Numbered from the stretch's first letter, positions 44,733 to 54,202 are shown. The stretch: DNA of 64,000 nucleotides from Nitrosopumilaceae archaeon (GCA_035685445.1 DASSAK010000008.1:13131-77130); one strand, 5' to 3'. The notes: a model not told the origin generated them from the sequence alone. Numbers and translations are program-made.

Positions 44733-45098
44733 TTAGTTAGAATACTTGGATTGCTTTTTAAGCTCTGCTGCTAATTTGCGGAAAATTTCATTCACGCTCA
44801 CATCAACAAGGTTGAGAGTAGCGTTTTCCCTTACAATTTGATTTTCAAATTTTTCCTTTATAGCAAAAGATACTGATGACCAGTGAAGTACCCCTTTAAG
44901 CTGTTCCTCCATAACGATGTTAGTTGTTGGAAAGTTCACTGGTGAAAAGGCCACTCCATCTGCCCATTGCATGGTTGGAATTCCTCCGCCTGAGGTTCTA
45001 CTTGAAAAAGCAATCTGTTTTACCCAATCATCAAATTTGTATTCAATTACTTCATGAATAATGAGTTTTTTCCATTCTTCTATTGAAATTTCCATCAA
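44733..45098 (-). CDS. hypothetical cytoplasmic protein
   Basis: 121-aa ORF tightly coupled to the next gene. Confidence 0.45.
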   Translation of the reverse strand: MMEISIEEWKKLIIHEVIEYKFDDWVKQIAFSSRTSGGGIPTMQWADGVAFSPVNFPTTNIVMEEQLKGVLHWSSVSFAIKEKFENQIVRENATLNLVDVSVNEIFRKLAAELKKQSKYSN

Positions 45099-45125
45099 AT
45101 GAAGTAATTTTTAGGGGTAAATAAT

Positions 45126-45302
45126 TTAACGGGATCGAATATTTTTTGCTCGAATAATTACTGTTCTCACATAATCTTTGGCAGTGGAATCTGAAACACC
45201 CATCTGTTTTGCTCTATGATATAGATCAAGGTCTCTTGGATTACTGAGATAAAATCTGAGAAGATAATTTAGTCTGTGTGATCTCTTCTCATCGCTTTTC
45301 AT
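45126..45302 (-). CDS. candidate 58-aa basic HTH-like protein
   Basis: Below the track cutoff. MKSDEKRSHRLNYLLRFYLSNPRDLDLYHRAKQMGVSDSTAKDYVRTVIIRAKNIRSR. The GVSDSTAKDYVR segment looks like a helix-turn-helix. Confidence 0.35.
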   Translation of the reverse strand: MKSDEKRSHRLNYLLRFYLSNPRDLDLYHRAKQMGVSDSTAKDYVRTVIIRAKNIRSR

Positions 45303-45436
45303 GCTATGAATTTAAATTTTCACTAAAAAAAGACCCAGTATAATGATATTACCTTCAAATCATATATGAAGTTGTGCCTATTTCGTTTCACTTCATCTTA
45401 AAAATGAAATATAAGTAAATTCTGTCAATATAGTAT

Positions 45437-45754
45437 ATGAAGAAAGAATATGTAGTTCGAAGCATTGATTCTGCCCCAGATGGCGCACCATATGTGATTG
45501 TGTCATTATCATCTGCAAAGGAGCTAAAAGAAGGCACTACAAGTCCCCAATCACCATTTGGTCCAAAAGTTATGGGATTTACAAACATGAATGATATGAT
45601 GAAAGATCTGAACAAAGTGTTAGGAGGAATGGGAGCGATGCCTGGTGGAATTACTGCAATAAAACTTGAAATGCACGAATATAAACAGATGAATCTTTCA
45701 GTTGGCGATAAGGTGTTCTTAGAAATAACTAAGGAAGAAAATCTAGGTATATGA
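45437..45754 (+). CDS. hypothetical protein
   Basis: 105-aa ORF. The opposite-strand ORF 45388-45615 looks less protein-like. Confidence 0.4.
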   Translation: MKKEYVVRSIDSAPDGAPYVIVSLSSAKELKEGTTSPQSPFGPKVMGFTNMNDMMKDLNKVLGGMGAMPGGITAIKLEMHEYKQMNLSVGDKVFLEITKEENLGI

Positions 45755-45755
45755 T

Positions 45756-46421
45756 CTAAATTCTAATATTTGGATCTTCTGCTTTTAATTTTTCCCAGTC
45801 TGCCAAGAAGTTTTTCAAACCAATATCGGTTAATTGGTGTTTTAGCATTTTTCCTAAAACGGCAGGAGGTAAAGTAACAACATCTGCTCCAATCTTTGCA
45901 GCATCAACTACATGCATTGGATGTCGGACACTAGCAACTAGTATTTGAGTTCCAAAATTATAATTTGAAAAAATTTGTTTAATTTCTTTAATGAGAAGCA
46001 TTCCATCTTTTCCAACATCATCTAATCTTCCAATAAAAGGACTAACGTATTTTGCACCTGCCTTTGCTGCCAAAATTGCTTGATTTGGAGAAAAAACAAG
46101 GGTAACATTAACCGGGACTCCTTCTGCAGTAAGAGCCTTACACGCTTTAAGGCCATCTGCTGTCATGGGACATTTTACTACAACATGTTCACCGTATTTT
46201 CGTAATCTACGGCCTTCATCCATCATCCCTTCAAAATCTGTTGCAACAACTTCAAGACTAACATCACCTTTGATAATGCTAACAATCTCTTCCATTGTTT
46301 TATGAGGATCGCTGCCTTCTTTTGATAATAACGATGGGTTTGTTGTAATTCCATCAAGTAGTCCCATATCATTATACATCCTGATAGATTCAAGATTAGC
46401 AGTATCGAGGAAAATTTTCAT
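45756..46421 (-). CDS. tal: transaldolase (short, fructose-6-phosphate-aldolase-like type)
   Basis: MKIFLDTANLESIR...GITTNPSL...VVKCP (Schiff-base Lys context), 221 aa. Confidence 0.9.
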   Translation of the reverse strand: MKIFLDTANLESIRMYNDMGLLDGITTNPSLLSKEGSDPHKTMEEIVSIIKGDVSLEVVATDFEGMMDEGRRLRKYGEHVVVKCPMTADGLKACKALTAEGVPVNVTLVFSPNQAILAAKAGAKYVSPFIGRLDDVGKDGMLLIKEIKQIFSNYNFGTQILVASVRHPMHVVDAAKIGADVVTLPPAVLGKMLKHQLTDIGLKNFLADWEKLKAEDPNIRI

Positions 46422-47398
46422 GATGTCTTTCTCCGTACTTCTTTTACAGTCTTTACTATATTAAAAGATGATATTCCATGCTTTTCAAGCAAAAGTGGAA
46501 TTTCTTTATCTCGGCATGATTCACCAAACATGTCTTGCGCTCCAATACGCTTTATTGGTACAGGGTATCGCTCAGAAACTGCTTCTGCAACGGCAGAACC
46601 CATTCCTGCCAACACATTATGTTCTTCGCATGTCACAATTGCGCCAGTTTCTCTAGCTGCTTTTTCTAATAATTCAGCATCAATTGGTTTTATTGAAAAC
46701 ACATCAAGTACTCTACAAGAAATTCCTTCTTGCTTTAACAATTCAGCGGCTTCAAGTGCCAACTTTACCGTAATTCCACAAGCTGCAATTGTACAATCAG
46801 AACCATCATTTAGAGTAATTCCTTTTCCAATTTTGAATTCTTGTGAATCCTGATGAATTACAGGCGTCTTTGAACGCGCCATTCTCATATAGAATGGACC
46901 ATACTGCTCAGACATTATTCTTACAAGTTTTTTTACAGCAACAGTATCTGCTGGAATTAAAACTCTAAAGTTTGGGATTGCACGCATAATTGCAATATCT
47001 TCAATTTGTTGATGAGAACCACCATCTGCACCAACAGATAATCCACCATGAGAAACTACAATTTTTACATTTAGTCCTTTTTTGTCTCCTCTAGACGGAT
47101 ATGCAATTGCATTTCTAATTTGATCAACTGCCCTTCCTGGAACAAAAATAGCATATGTACTTGCAAAAGAAGTTTTTCCATTTATTGCAAGACCTGCAGC
47201 AACTGAAACAAGATTTGCTTCTGCAATTCCCACATTGAAAAATCGGTTTGGAAATTCTTTTCCAAAACCTGACGTTTTTAATGAATCAGTTGTATCTGCT
47301 CCCAAAACAACTACATTTGGGTTTTCTTTTCCAATATCTATCAGAGTTTTTCCATATTCAGTTCTCATGTCAGTCATTTGTGGTTCAACTGTTGTCAA
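46418..47398 (-). CDS. transketolase, C-terminal (pyrimidine-binding) subunit
   Basis: FNVGIAEANLVSVAAGLA and GGSHQQIEDIAIMRAIPN. 4-nt overlaps with both neighbours. Confidence 0.9.
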   Translation of the reverse strand: MTTVEPQMTDMRTEYGKTLIDIGKENPNVVVLGADTTDSLKTSGFGKEFPNRFFNVGIAEANLVSVAAGLAINGKTSFASTYAIFVPGRAVDQIRNAIAYPSRGDKKGLNVKIVVSHGGLSVGADGGSHQQIEDIAIMRAIPNFRVLIPADTVAVKKLVRIMSEQYGPFYMRMARSKTPVIHQDSQEFKIGKGITLNDGSDCTIAACGITVKLALEAAELLKQEGISCRVLDVFSIKPIDAELLEKAARETGAIVTCEEHNVLAGMGSAVAEAVSERYPVPIKRIGAQDMFGESCRDKEIPLLLEKHGISSFNIVKTVKEVRRKTS

Positions 47399-49062
47399 AT
47401 GTATCCTACCTCTTTTGCCATTTTGATTAATTGATCCTTTTTGTCGCCAATTTGATGCAATTCAATCCATTTATTGACAAGCTCGGAACCTCCAAGTTCA
47501 TTTGCTTTTGTTAAAAGTGCTAACCGTCTAGCTTTCAAAGTCGCTTCTCTAAATTGTCTAATTGCTCCTCTTACATCGTCTTGTCCAACAATTGCACTTC
47601 CTCCAACAAATACTCTTGCGCCATCTGCAAAACAAGAGCCAATATTTTCAAGTGTAACGCCTCCATCAGCCTCAACATAACCTTGGAATTGATTTTCATT
47701 TAGAGTCTTCATTATTTTGATCATTTTGTCATGTGTTGCTTCAATGTATTTTTGGCCAGACTTGCCAGGTACAACGGACATGACAATTAATTGATCAAGA
47801 GTTGGTAAAAATTTTAAAGACCATACTGGAAGATCAGAATCAGGATTTATTGCAATTCCAACACCAACTCCATTTTGCTTTAGCGTGTCATGAATTTCAC
47901 CAAAGCTTGATTCATCACATACTTCTGCGTGAACTGTAATAATGTCACTTCCAGCATCTATGAAATCTTTAACATGTTTTACTGGCTCATTGATCATCAA
48001 ATGAGTGTCAAACGGAATAACTGTTAATGGTCTAAGTTCACGAATTTTGTTGTGATCAAATGTTGTATTTGGAACAAACTGGCCATCCATTACATCAAGA
48101 TGTATGTAGTCTGCTCTTCCGTTGATACACCGCTTTACTTCATTTGCCAAATTAGACATATCACCTGCAATAATGGATGGTGCAATCATGAACTGACTAT
48201 CAAGTTCTAGATCAATAATGGGAGCAATCTCAGGCTTTGGTGCTTGTCCATGCCACTTTGGGTTGTCTTCCATATGTTCAACTGCTTTTCCTTTGATTGT
48301 TCTTGCGATAATCATTGTTGGAACTCCTTTTGTCGAGATTGCTTTTGATAGTGCGTCATTAATTTGTTCAATTCTATGACCATCAATTTCAATTACATTC
48401 CAACCAAATGCACGCCACTTATCGCCAATTTTCCATCGTGATGCGTCCTTCCACATTTCAGATAGATCATCTCCTGCTAATCTCTCATCAAGCGGCATTA
48501 TTTTTTCAGTGTACGAATCTTGTTGAATGAAATTTCTATCCAATATTGCAGTAAGATTATCAACTTGATATTTTGCAGCAGTCATTGCGGCCTCCCAAAC
48601 TTGACCTTCATCAGACTCACCATCGCCAATAATTGTAAAGATGTGATGTTTTTTTTCATCTATTTTTGCAGCCAATGCAGCACCAATAGAAAATGATAAT
48701 CCTATTCCTAGTGAACCACCACAAAATTCTACTCCAGGACATTTTAGATCAGGATGTCCTTGTAATCTACTTCCAAACTTTCGTAGAGTTTCAATTTCTG
48801 ATTCATCAAAATATCCTGCCACTGCCAAATTTGAGAAAAGTCCGGGTGATGCATGTCCTTTTGATAAAACTAACCTGTCACGATCTTCCCAAAGTGGGTT
48901 TTTTGGATCAAAATGCAGATAATTGTTAAACAAAACACCCAGTATTTCTGCCATAGAAAATGAACCTCCAGGGTGTCCAGAAGCTGCAGATGTGGTGCCT
49001 TTGATGACTAATTTTCTTGCTTTGCGCACATGTTTTTTAATTTTATAATAATTTAGACCCAT
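47395..49062 (-). CDS. fusion protein: transketolase N-terminal (TPP-binding) subunit plus ribulose-phosphate 3-epimerase
   Basis: Residues ~1-285 contain SGHPGGSFSMAEIL, LSKGHASP and GDGESDEGQVWEA (TK-N). Residues ~295-500 contain IAPSIIAGDM...IHLDVMDGQFVPN...HLM...VMSVVPGKSGQ...EADGG (Rpe). Confidence 0.85.
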   Translation of the reverse strand: MGLNYYKIKKHVRKARKLVIKGTTSAASGHPGGSFSMAEILGVLFNNYLHFDPKNPLWEDRDRLVLSKGHASPGLFSNLAVAGYFDESEIETLRKFGSRLQGHPDLKCPGVEFCGGSLGIGLSFSIGAALAAKIDEKKHHIFTIIGDGESDEGQVWEAAMTAAKYQVDNLTAILDRNFIQQDSYTEKIMPLDERLAGDDLSEMWKDASRWKIGDKWRAFGWNVIEIDGHRIEQINDALSKAISTKGVPTMIIARTIKGKAVEHMEDNPKWHGQAPKPEIAPIIDLELDSQFMIAPSIIAGDMSNLANEVKRCINGRADYIHLDVMDGQFVPNTTFDHNKIRELRPLTVIPFDTHLMINEPVKHVKDFIDAGSDIITVHAEVCDESSFGEIHDTLKQNGVGVGIAINPDSDLPVWSLKFLPTLDQLIVMSVVPGKSGQKYIEATHDKMIKIMKTLNENQFQGYVEADGGVTLENIGSCFADGARVFVGGSAIVGQDDVRGAIRQFREATLKARRLALLTKANELGGSELVNKWIELHQIGDKKDQLIKMAKEVGYI

Positions 49063-49135
49063 GCGGCTTTTCTCCCCCCAAGAATTAATAAAAATCTACT
49101 TGAAAATTTTAATCAGATCGAGAAGTATCAATTGT

Positions 49136-49531
49136 ATGGATTTGAAGGGTATGGTGCCACTTGTAATTTACGATAACCAATGTTATCTTTGCACTAAATT
49201 TGCTAAAGTTGTAAATTTTCTTGCAAGAGGAAAATTACTTCTTGTTGGTCATTATTCTTCGCTTGGAGAAAAACTTCGAAATGAGATCTTGGATTCAAGT
49301 GCTCTTGAGATGTTTTGGTTTGTTGATGAAAAAACAGCGTATGGTGGAAGAGCGGCACTTGGACCTTTATTTAATGCAATTTTATCATCAAAGAGTTCAA
49401 AATCAAGTAATGTAACTATTGAAGAAGCATGTGATACAGAATGCAAAACAGCAAAAGCTGTCTTTATTCGTTCTGCAAGTTTGCTTTCAAACAGTAAGAA
49501 GATAAAATTAGGCCATAGAACTTCTAATTAG
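49136..49531 (+). CDS. DCC-family thiol-disulfide oxidoreductase-like protein (DUF393)
   Basis: VIYDNQCYLCTKFAKVV is the YDGxCxLC-type motif. I moved the start from the track's 49061 to the internal ATG at 49136. Confidence 0.55.
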   Translation: MDLKGMVPLVIYDNQCYLCTKFAKVVNFLARGKLLLVGHYSSLGEKLRNEILDSSALEMFWFVDEKTAYGGRAALGPLFNAILSSKSSKSSNVTIEEACDTECKTAKAVFIRSASLLSNSKKIKLGHRTSN

Positions 49532-49955
49532 AAATCTTCATATCCCATTCTGAAAACAATTTAGAACCGCCAAATATTTTACATATTTTGTCTGCGAGTT
49601 TTTCGATATTTACATTTGGTTCAGCAGATATTAGTAACAGATGTCTGCTAATAGGAAAAGGGAAACTTACCAAAACAACTTTATCTCTTCTACATGCGAC
49701 ATAATTTAATTCTCCAAGCGATTCTTTTTGTTCTCGACGTAAGGAAATTTCAATGACTCTATCCAAAAATTTGTTAAATTTTTCTTTATCTTTTTCTAAT
49801 GGAGAAACCCCAGATTTAAAACCACCAGCTACTAATTTTCCTGATTCATCAATAATTCCAGCAAAGCGGACTCCTTCTTCTTCCATTGCATCCTTGCATC
49901 TAACTTCATAGACTTTGTGTTCGCTTATTTCTTCTGCCATGTGGTTACTTCTCAA
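49524..49955 (-). CDS. hypothetical protein
   Basis: 143-aa ORF with no motif recognised. Confidence 0.4.
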   Translation of the reverse strand: MRSNHMAEEISEHKVYEVRCKDAMEEEGVRFAGIIDESGKLVAGGFKSGVSPLEKDKEKFNKFLDRVIEISLRREQKESLGELNYVACRRDKVVLVSFPFPISRHLLLISAEPNVNIEKLADKICKIFGGSKLFSEWDMKISN

Positions 49956-50159
49956 TTTAAGTAAATAAAGATAAGTCTGGTATGTTGGGACGCCATATTC
50001 ATGATTCTTTTTTCTTTCTATTGTAAAAAATAATAAATAATTTCAAGGATTTTTCTCATTACAGAAAATTTTTTCACACATAATTAGATTTTAGTCTAAA
50101 TAAGCCCAATTCTATAATTAGAAAGTCAGAACTACATATAAAAAACAAAAAAACCAAGT

Positions 50160-50345
50160 ATGACCCTCCAAATGACATGTAGAGGTATTTGTGAAAGGTA
50201 TAGGGCTGAAAAAAGCAGGTATCAGATTGGAATAAAGCGCTGTACTTCTTGTGATGTTTACTTGCAATGCCAAGAAATTAGCTGTCCTTGTTGTGGAACA
50301 CAGCTACGTTCAAAAAGAAAAGCAAAAATTCGTTTGCAAAACTAG
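50160..50345 (+). CDS. small zinc-ribbon protein
   Basis: 61 aa with CRGIC, CTSC and CPCC pairs, and basic. Confidence 0.4.
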   Translation: MTLQMTCRGICERYRAEKSRYQIGIKRCTSCDVYLQCQEISCPCCGTQLRSKRKAKIRLQN

Positions 50346-50346
50346 A

Positions 50347-50475
50347 TCAATATCCTCTACTATTCCTATCTGGTTTGTCAACATTTGAATTTCTGAATCC
50401 ATGTTTTTCCATCATGTGATTTAAGAATCGAATATCGTCTTCAAATTGTTGACCACACACAGAACAGTTAGCCAT
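50347..50475 (-). CDS. candidate 42-aa C2H2 zinc-finger protein
   Basis: Below the track cutoff. MANCSVCGQQFEDDIRFLNHMMEKHGF... fits CxxC-x12-HxxxxH. Confidence 0.4.
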   Translation of the reverse strand: MANCSVCGQQFEDDIRFLNHMMEKHGFRNSNVDKPDRNSRGY

Positions 50476-50522
50476 ATTAAAATCAGAATGTTTGTATCAT
50501 AAAAATTTGTGTAAAATTAAAA

Positions 50523-50639
50523 ATGCCAGCACTATTGCTTCCCAAGAGCTCTCGCATCTTAGTAACACAACAGCGACATTAGGTTTGACTTCCAAGTTCG
50601 GAATGGGATTGGGTCGCACCCTAACGCTATGGCCGGCTT
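50523..50639 (-). rRNA. rrf: 5S ribosomal RNA
   Basis: The minus strand reads AAGCCGGCCATAGCG..GGGTGCGACCCAATCCCATTCCGAACTTGGAAGTCAAAC...GGGAAGCAATAGTGCTGGC. Helix I pairs GCCGGC/GCTGGC, and the CCGAAC loop C motif is present. Ends are accurate to within a few nt. Confidence 0.9.
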
Positions 50640-50734
50640 GAATAATATTTGTTGGATGGTATCTATTAACCTAACGCAATTTGAACTAAATTTTTAGCCA
50701 AAGAGGTATAAAGTATATACCAACCGTATATCTC

Positions 50735-52519
50735 ATGACGCATCGTGTTGCTGTACTTGACAAAGAACTTTGTCAGCCAAAAAAATGTGGATTAGAATGC
50801 ATAAAATATTGTCCAGTTAATAAATCAGGAGCAGACTGTATTATACTCAACGAGGACATAAAAAAAGCACAAATTGATGAGAATCTTTGCAATGGTTGTG
50901 GAATTTGTGTAAAGGTTTGTCCGTTTGATGCAATCACGATTGTGAATTTAGCTACAGAGTTAGCAACTGACAAAGTTCATCAATATGGAATTAATTCATT
51001 TAGACTTTACAGATTGCCTACTCCAAAAAAAGGCGAAGTGGTTGGGTTACTTGGAAGAAATGGAATGGGTAAAAGTACTGTAGTCAATATTCTTTCTGGA
51101 AACATAAAACCAAACTTGGGAAATTATACAGAACCGCCAGACTGGGAAGATATTTTAAAATACTATTCCGGAACGGAATTAAAATCTCATTTTGAAAAAA
51201 TTAAGGATGGCCACATAAAGGCATCAATAAAACCACAGCAAGTATACCAAATTGCAGAGGCATTTGATGGAACTGGTAAGGAATTACTTGAAAAATATGA
51301 TGAAAGAGGAGTTTCAAGTCAATTAATCAAAGAATTAGGATTAGAAAATTCTATGGAGAATGGCTTAAAGGAGCTAAGTGGGGGGGAGCTACAACGATTA
51401 GCGGTGGCAGTTGCAGTTTCAAAGGATGCTGATTTTTATTTTTTTGATGAGCCGTCTTCTTACAATGATGTTTTTCAAAGAACACGAGTTGCAAAAACAA
51501 TTCAAAACCTAACCAAAATTGGAAAGACAGTAATGGTAGTTGAACACGATTTAACACTACTTGATTATCTGAGTGATTATATCGAAGTGTTGTATGGAGA
51601 GCCAGCCGCATATGGAATTGTTTCTAGTGTTTTATCAACCAAGGTAGGGATTAACGTATTTTTGGATGGTTATCTACCAAGTGAAAATGTAAGATTTAGA
51701 GATAAAAAATTCACATTTGATGTTTCATCGTCATCAGACGAGTTTTTAGAAGGAAATGATGTAATTTCGTATCCTGTTATTGAAAAAAAGTATCCTTCAT
51801 TTTCGGTTTTAATTGAACCAGGCAAAGTAAGAAAAGGCGAGGTTGTTGGAATCATAGGTGCAAACGCACTAGGAAAAACCACCATGATGAAAATGATTGC
51901 AGGTGTTGAAAATCCTGATTCTGGTGAAATAGACAAGAAGGTAAAGATTGCATACAAACCGCAATATCTTCAAAATGATATCGATGTTGATGTTATATCT
52001 GTTTTAGACAAAGCAAATGAAGGACAAATTGAGGGTAGTCAAGCAGAAGAACAGATTATCGATCCTCTTAAAATAAAAAAACTCTACAACAAATCAATAA
52101 AAAACTTGTCAGGTGGAGAACTGCAAAAAGTGGCAGTGGCATCATGTCTTTTACAAAAAGTTGATCTTTATGCGCTTGATGAACCATCTGCATTTTTAGA
52201 CGTAGAAGATAGAATTACAGTTGGAAAGTTTATTCAGAAATTTGTTCGTTCTTATGGAAAATCAGCAATTGTAATCGATCATGACTTGCAACTAATGGAC
52301 TTAGTTTCAGATACAATGATAATTTTTGAAGGCACGTCAGGTCGTAAAGGACATGCAACATCACCTCTTTCAAAATCTGAAGCCATGAATAGGTTCTTAA
52401 AATCATTAGACATGTCATTTAGAAGAGATGAAAAAAGCCTTAGACCACGTGTCAATAAAGTTGACAGCAGATTAGATAAACAACAAAAAATTTCAGGAAA
52501 TTTCTATTATAAAAAGTAA
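50735..52519 (+). CDS. ABCE1 / RNase L inhibitor (ribosome recycling ATPase)
   Basis: N-terminal double 4Fe-4S domain (CQPKKCGLECIKYCP, CNGCGICVKVCP) followed by two ABC cassettes (GRNGMGKST, LSGGELQR, GANALGKTT, LSGGELQK). Confidence 0.93.
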   Translation: MTHRVAVLDKELCQPKKCGLECIKYCPVNKSGADCIILNEDIKKAQIDENLCNGCGICVKVCPFDAITIVNLATELATDKVHQYGINSFRLYRLPTPKKGEVVGLLGRNGMGKSTVVNILSGNIKPNLGNYTEPPDWEDILKYYSGTELKSHFEKIKDGHIKASIKPQQVYQIAEAFDGTGKELLEKYDERGVSSQLIKELGLENSMENGLKELSGGELQRLAVAVAVSKDADFYFFDEPSSYNDVFQRTRVAKTIQNLTKIGKTVMVVEHDLTLLDYLSDYIEVLYGEPAAYGIVSSVLSTKVGINVFLDGYLPSENVRFRDKKFTFDVSSSSDEFLEGNDVISYPVIEKKYPSFSVLIEPGKVRKGEVVGIIGANALGKTTMMKMIAGVENPDSGEIDKKVKIAYKPQYLQNDIDVDVISVLDKANEGQIEGSQAEEQIIDPLKIKKLYNKSIKNLSGGELQKVAVASCLLQKVDLYALDEPSAFLDVEDRITVGKFIQKFVRSYGKSAIVIDHDLQLMDLVSDTMIIFEGTSGRKGHATSPLSKSEAMNRFLKSLDMSFRRDEKSLRPRVNKVDSRLDKQQKISGNFYYKK

Positions 52520-52526
52520 ATTTTTC

Positions 52527-52739
52527 ATGTCAGAATCAACAAAACAAAGAAGTAGATTTTGGTATGTTCTGCCAATTATATTTTGTATATTTGGTGGAGT
52601 AATAGCATATTTCATAATCAGGTGGGATGATCCTACAAAAGCAAAGAACTGTTTTTGGCTTGGAGTTATTTTGTTTATAAGCTATATTTCGTACTATGTT
52701 GTATTTTCATTAATGATAGACATGTTTGAGTTTTCATAA
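52527..52739 (+). CDS. small two-TM membrane protein
   Basis: 70-aa ORF with two hydrophobic helices. Confidence 0.45.
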   Translation: MSESTKQRSRFWYVLPIIFCIFGGVIAYFIIRWDDPTKAKNCFWLGVILFISYISYYVVFSLMIDMFEFS

Positions 52740-52848
52740 AATGACTACAGAGTGGGGAGAATATATCATGATTGCTGCAATTATTGCAGCCGTAGCTATC
52801 TTTGTTGGAAGCAGAATCTTTATGGCTTTTAGAAAATAATGTCTTAAA

Positions 52849-53535
52849 TTGACAAATGAATCTCCAAAAAAACTAGTACCAAAATTTTTTGATAATACAG
52901 CAAACACATATGATAAAATTGCCGTATGGTGCACATTTAGCAAGGATAGATATTGGAAAAACGAAATTGTAAGGCATACGGAAGGAAAATTAATTTTAGA
53001 TTTGGCTTGTGGAACAGGAATTTTAACAAGAAAAATTGCAGAAAAATTTCCAAATTCTAAAGTTATTGGAGTCGATATTACTGAAAGCTATCTTCAATTG
53101 GCAAAGAAAAATTCCATATCATTCAATAATATTGATTACATCCTTCAAGACGCAGAAAATCTAAATCTTGATTCAAAATTTGATTGTATTACATCATCAT
53201 ACATTCCAAAATATTGTGATGCAAAAATTCTTGTAAAAAAATGTGTTGAACACCTAAACCCTGGTGGAAAAATTATTTTTCATGATTTTACTTATCCAAA
53301 AAATTTTCTTCATAGAAAACTCTGGAATTTTTATTTTGTTATATTGAATTTTATAGGATTTTTTATTCCAAGCTGGAAAGAAGCATTCGAAAAACTTCCA
53401 AAATTGATAAGATCAAGTACTTGGATGGATAGTTATTCTAATGCGATGAAAAAAAATGGTCTTGTTGTAGAACAGCATTCTCTAACTTATGATTCTTCAG
53501 CAATATTGATTGGCACTAGTAAAATCTCAGAATAA
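52849..53535 (+). CDS. class I SAM-dependent methyltransferase (UbiE/COQ5-like)
   Basis: LDLACGTGILTRKIAEKF (motif I) and an N-terminal FFDNTANTYDKIA. TTG start per the track. Confidence 0.7.
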   Translation: MTNESPKKLVPKFFDNTANTYDKIAVWCTFSKDRYWKNEIVRHTEGKLILDLACGTGILTRKIAEKFPNSKVIGVDITESYLQLAKKNSISFNNIDYILQDAENLNLDSKFDCITSSYIPKYCDAKILVKKCVEHLNPGGKIIFHDFTYPKNFLHRKLWNFYFVILNFIGFFIPSWKEAFEKLPKLIRSSTWMDSYSNAMKKNGLVVEQHSLTYDSSAILIGTSKISE

Positions 53536-54202
53536 AGAAGAGTGCAGTTCCCGCAATCACACCAAATGTTATTATTTTTAGAATAATTTCTTTTTTATGA
53601 ATTAAAGAAACGTTTCCAAAATTTCTTTTGAGTTCTTTGTATCTTCTTGAGTTTATTATCAAAACATAAGTAACAAGTGCTGAGACTGCAGAAAGTGCCA
53701 ATGTTTCAACGGAAATAGAATTTGTTTGTATTGCGGAACCAGCAAATACTGGTAAAACACCCCAAGAGATTACCGTTGAAATGTTATTGTGAAATTTTCC
53801 GCCAAATAATTCCAAATTATATGCAAATAGAAAGAATCCTTCTGCAATTCCAATTGGAATCAATAGTGGAGAATCTAAAAATGCATAGTATAATCCTAAA
53901 GTAAATGCAATTCCTAAAGCAACTATTGAGACCATCCAAAGTTTTCTTTTAGGAAGATTTCCCCAAGGTTTAGTTTTTCCGCCCACTGCATCAAGACAGT
54001 GTGCAGCTACTCCAACTGATAAGAAGTATACAATACAAATTGTCCCAAGCCTATCTAATTCAAAACTACCCGAAAGAGATCCCCAAACTGCAAAACAGGT
54101 AACAATACTAGTGTATGGGAGAAAAAGAATACCTATACTAATCCTAAAGTTTCGCGAGCCAAACTTGGGGACAAACCATTCAGAAAGTCTATCAGTTTGC
54201 AC
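53516..54202 (-). CDS. polytopic integral membrane protein
   Basis: 228 aa, about 7 hydrophobic helices. The 3' end overlaps the methyltransferase gene by 20 nt (convergent). Confidence 0.5.
   Translation of the reverse strand: MQTDRLSEWFVPKFGSRNFRISIGILFLPYTSIVTCFAVWGSLSGSFELDRLGTICIVYFLSVGVAAHCLDAVGGKTKPWGNLPKRKLWMVSIVALGIAFTLGLYYAFLDSPLLIPIGIAEGFFLFAYNLELFGGKFHNNISTVISWGVLPVFAGSAIQTNSISVETLALSAVSALVTYVLIINSRRYKELKRNFGNVSLIHKKEIILKIITFGVIAGTALFFILRFY

Noticed and set aside
49060-49135. Divergent genes apparently sharing the tetranucleotide CATG (49060-49063) as both start codons
   Set aside because: The first 25 residues of the plus-strand ORF are low-complexity. The conserved DCC motif begins right after the internal ATG at 49136, which leaves room for a promoter. 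The shared start is probably coincidental.
52734-52943. 69-aa minus-strand ORF between the small membrane gene and the methyltransferase
   Set aside because: It overlaps the methyltransferase 5' end and the plus-strand 32-aa candidate, and has no motif. Coding status on either strand is unresolved, so it is not reported as a feature.
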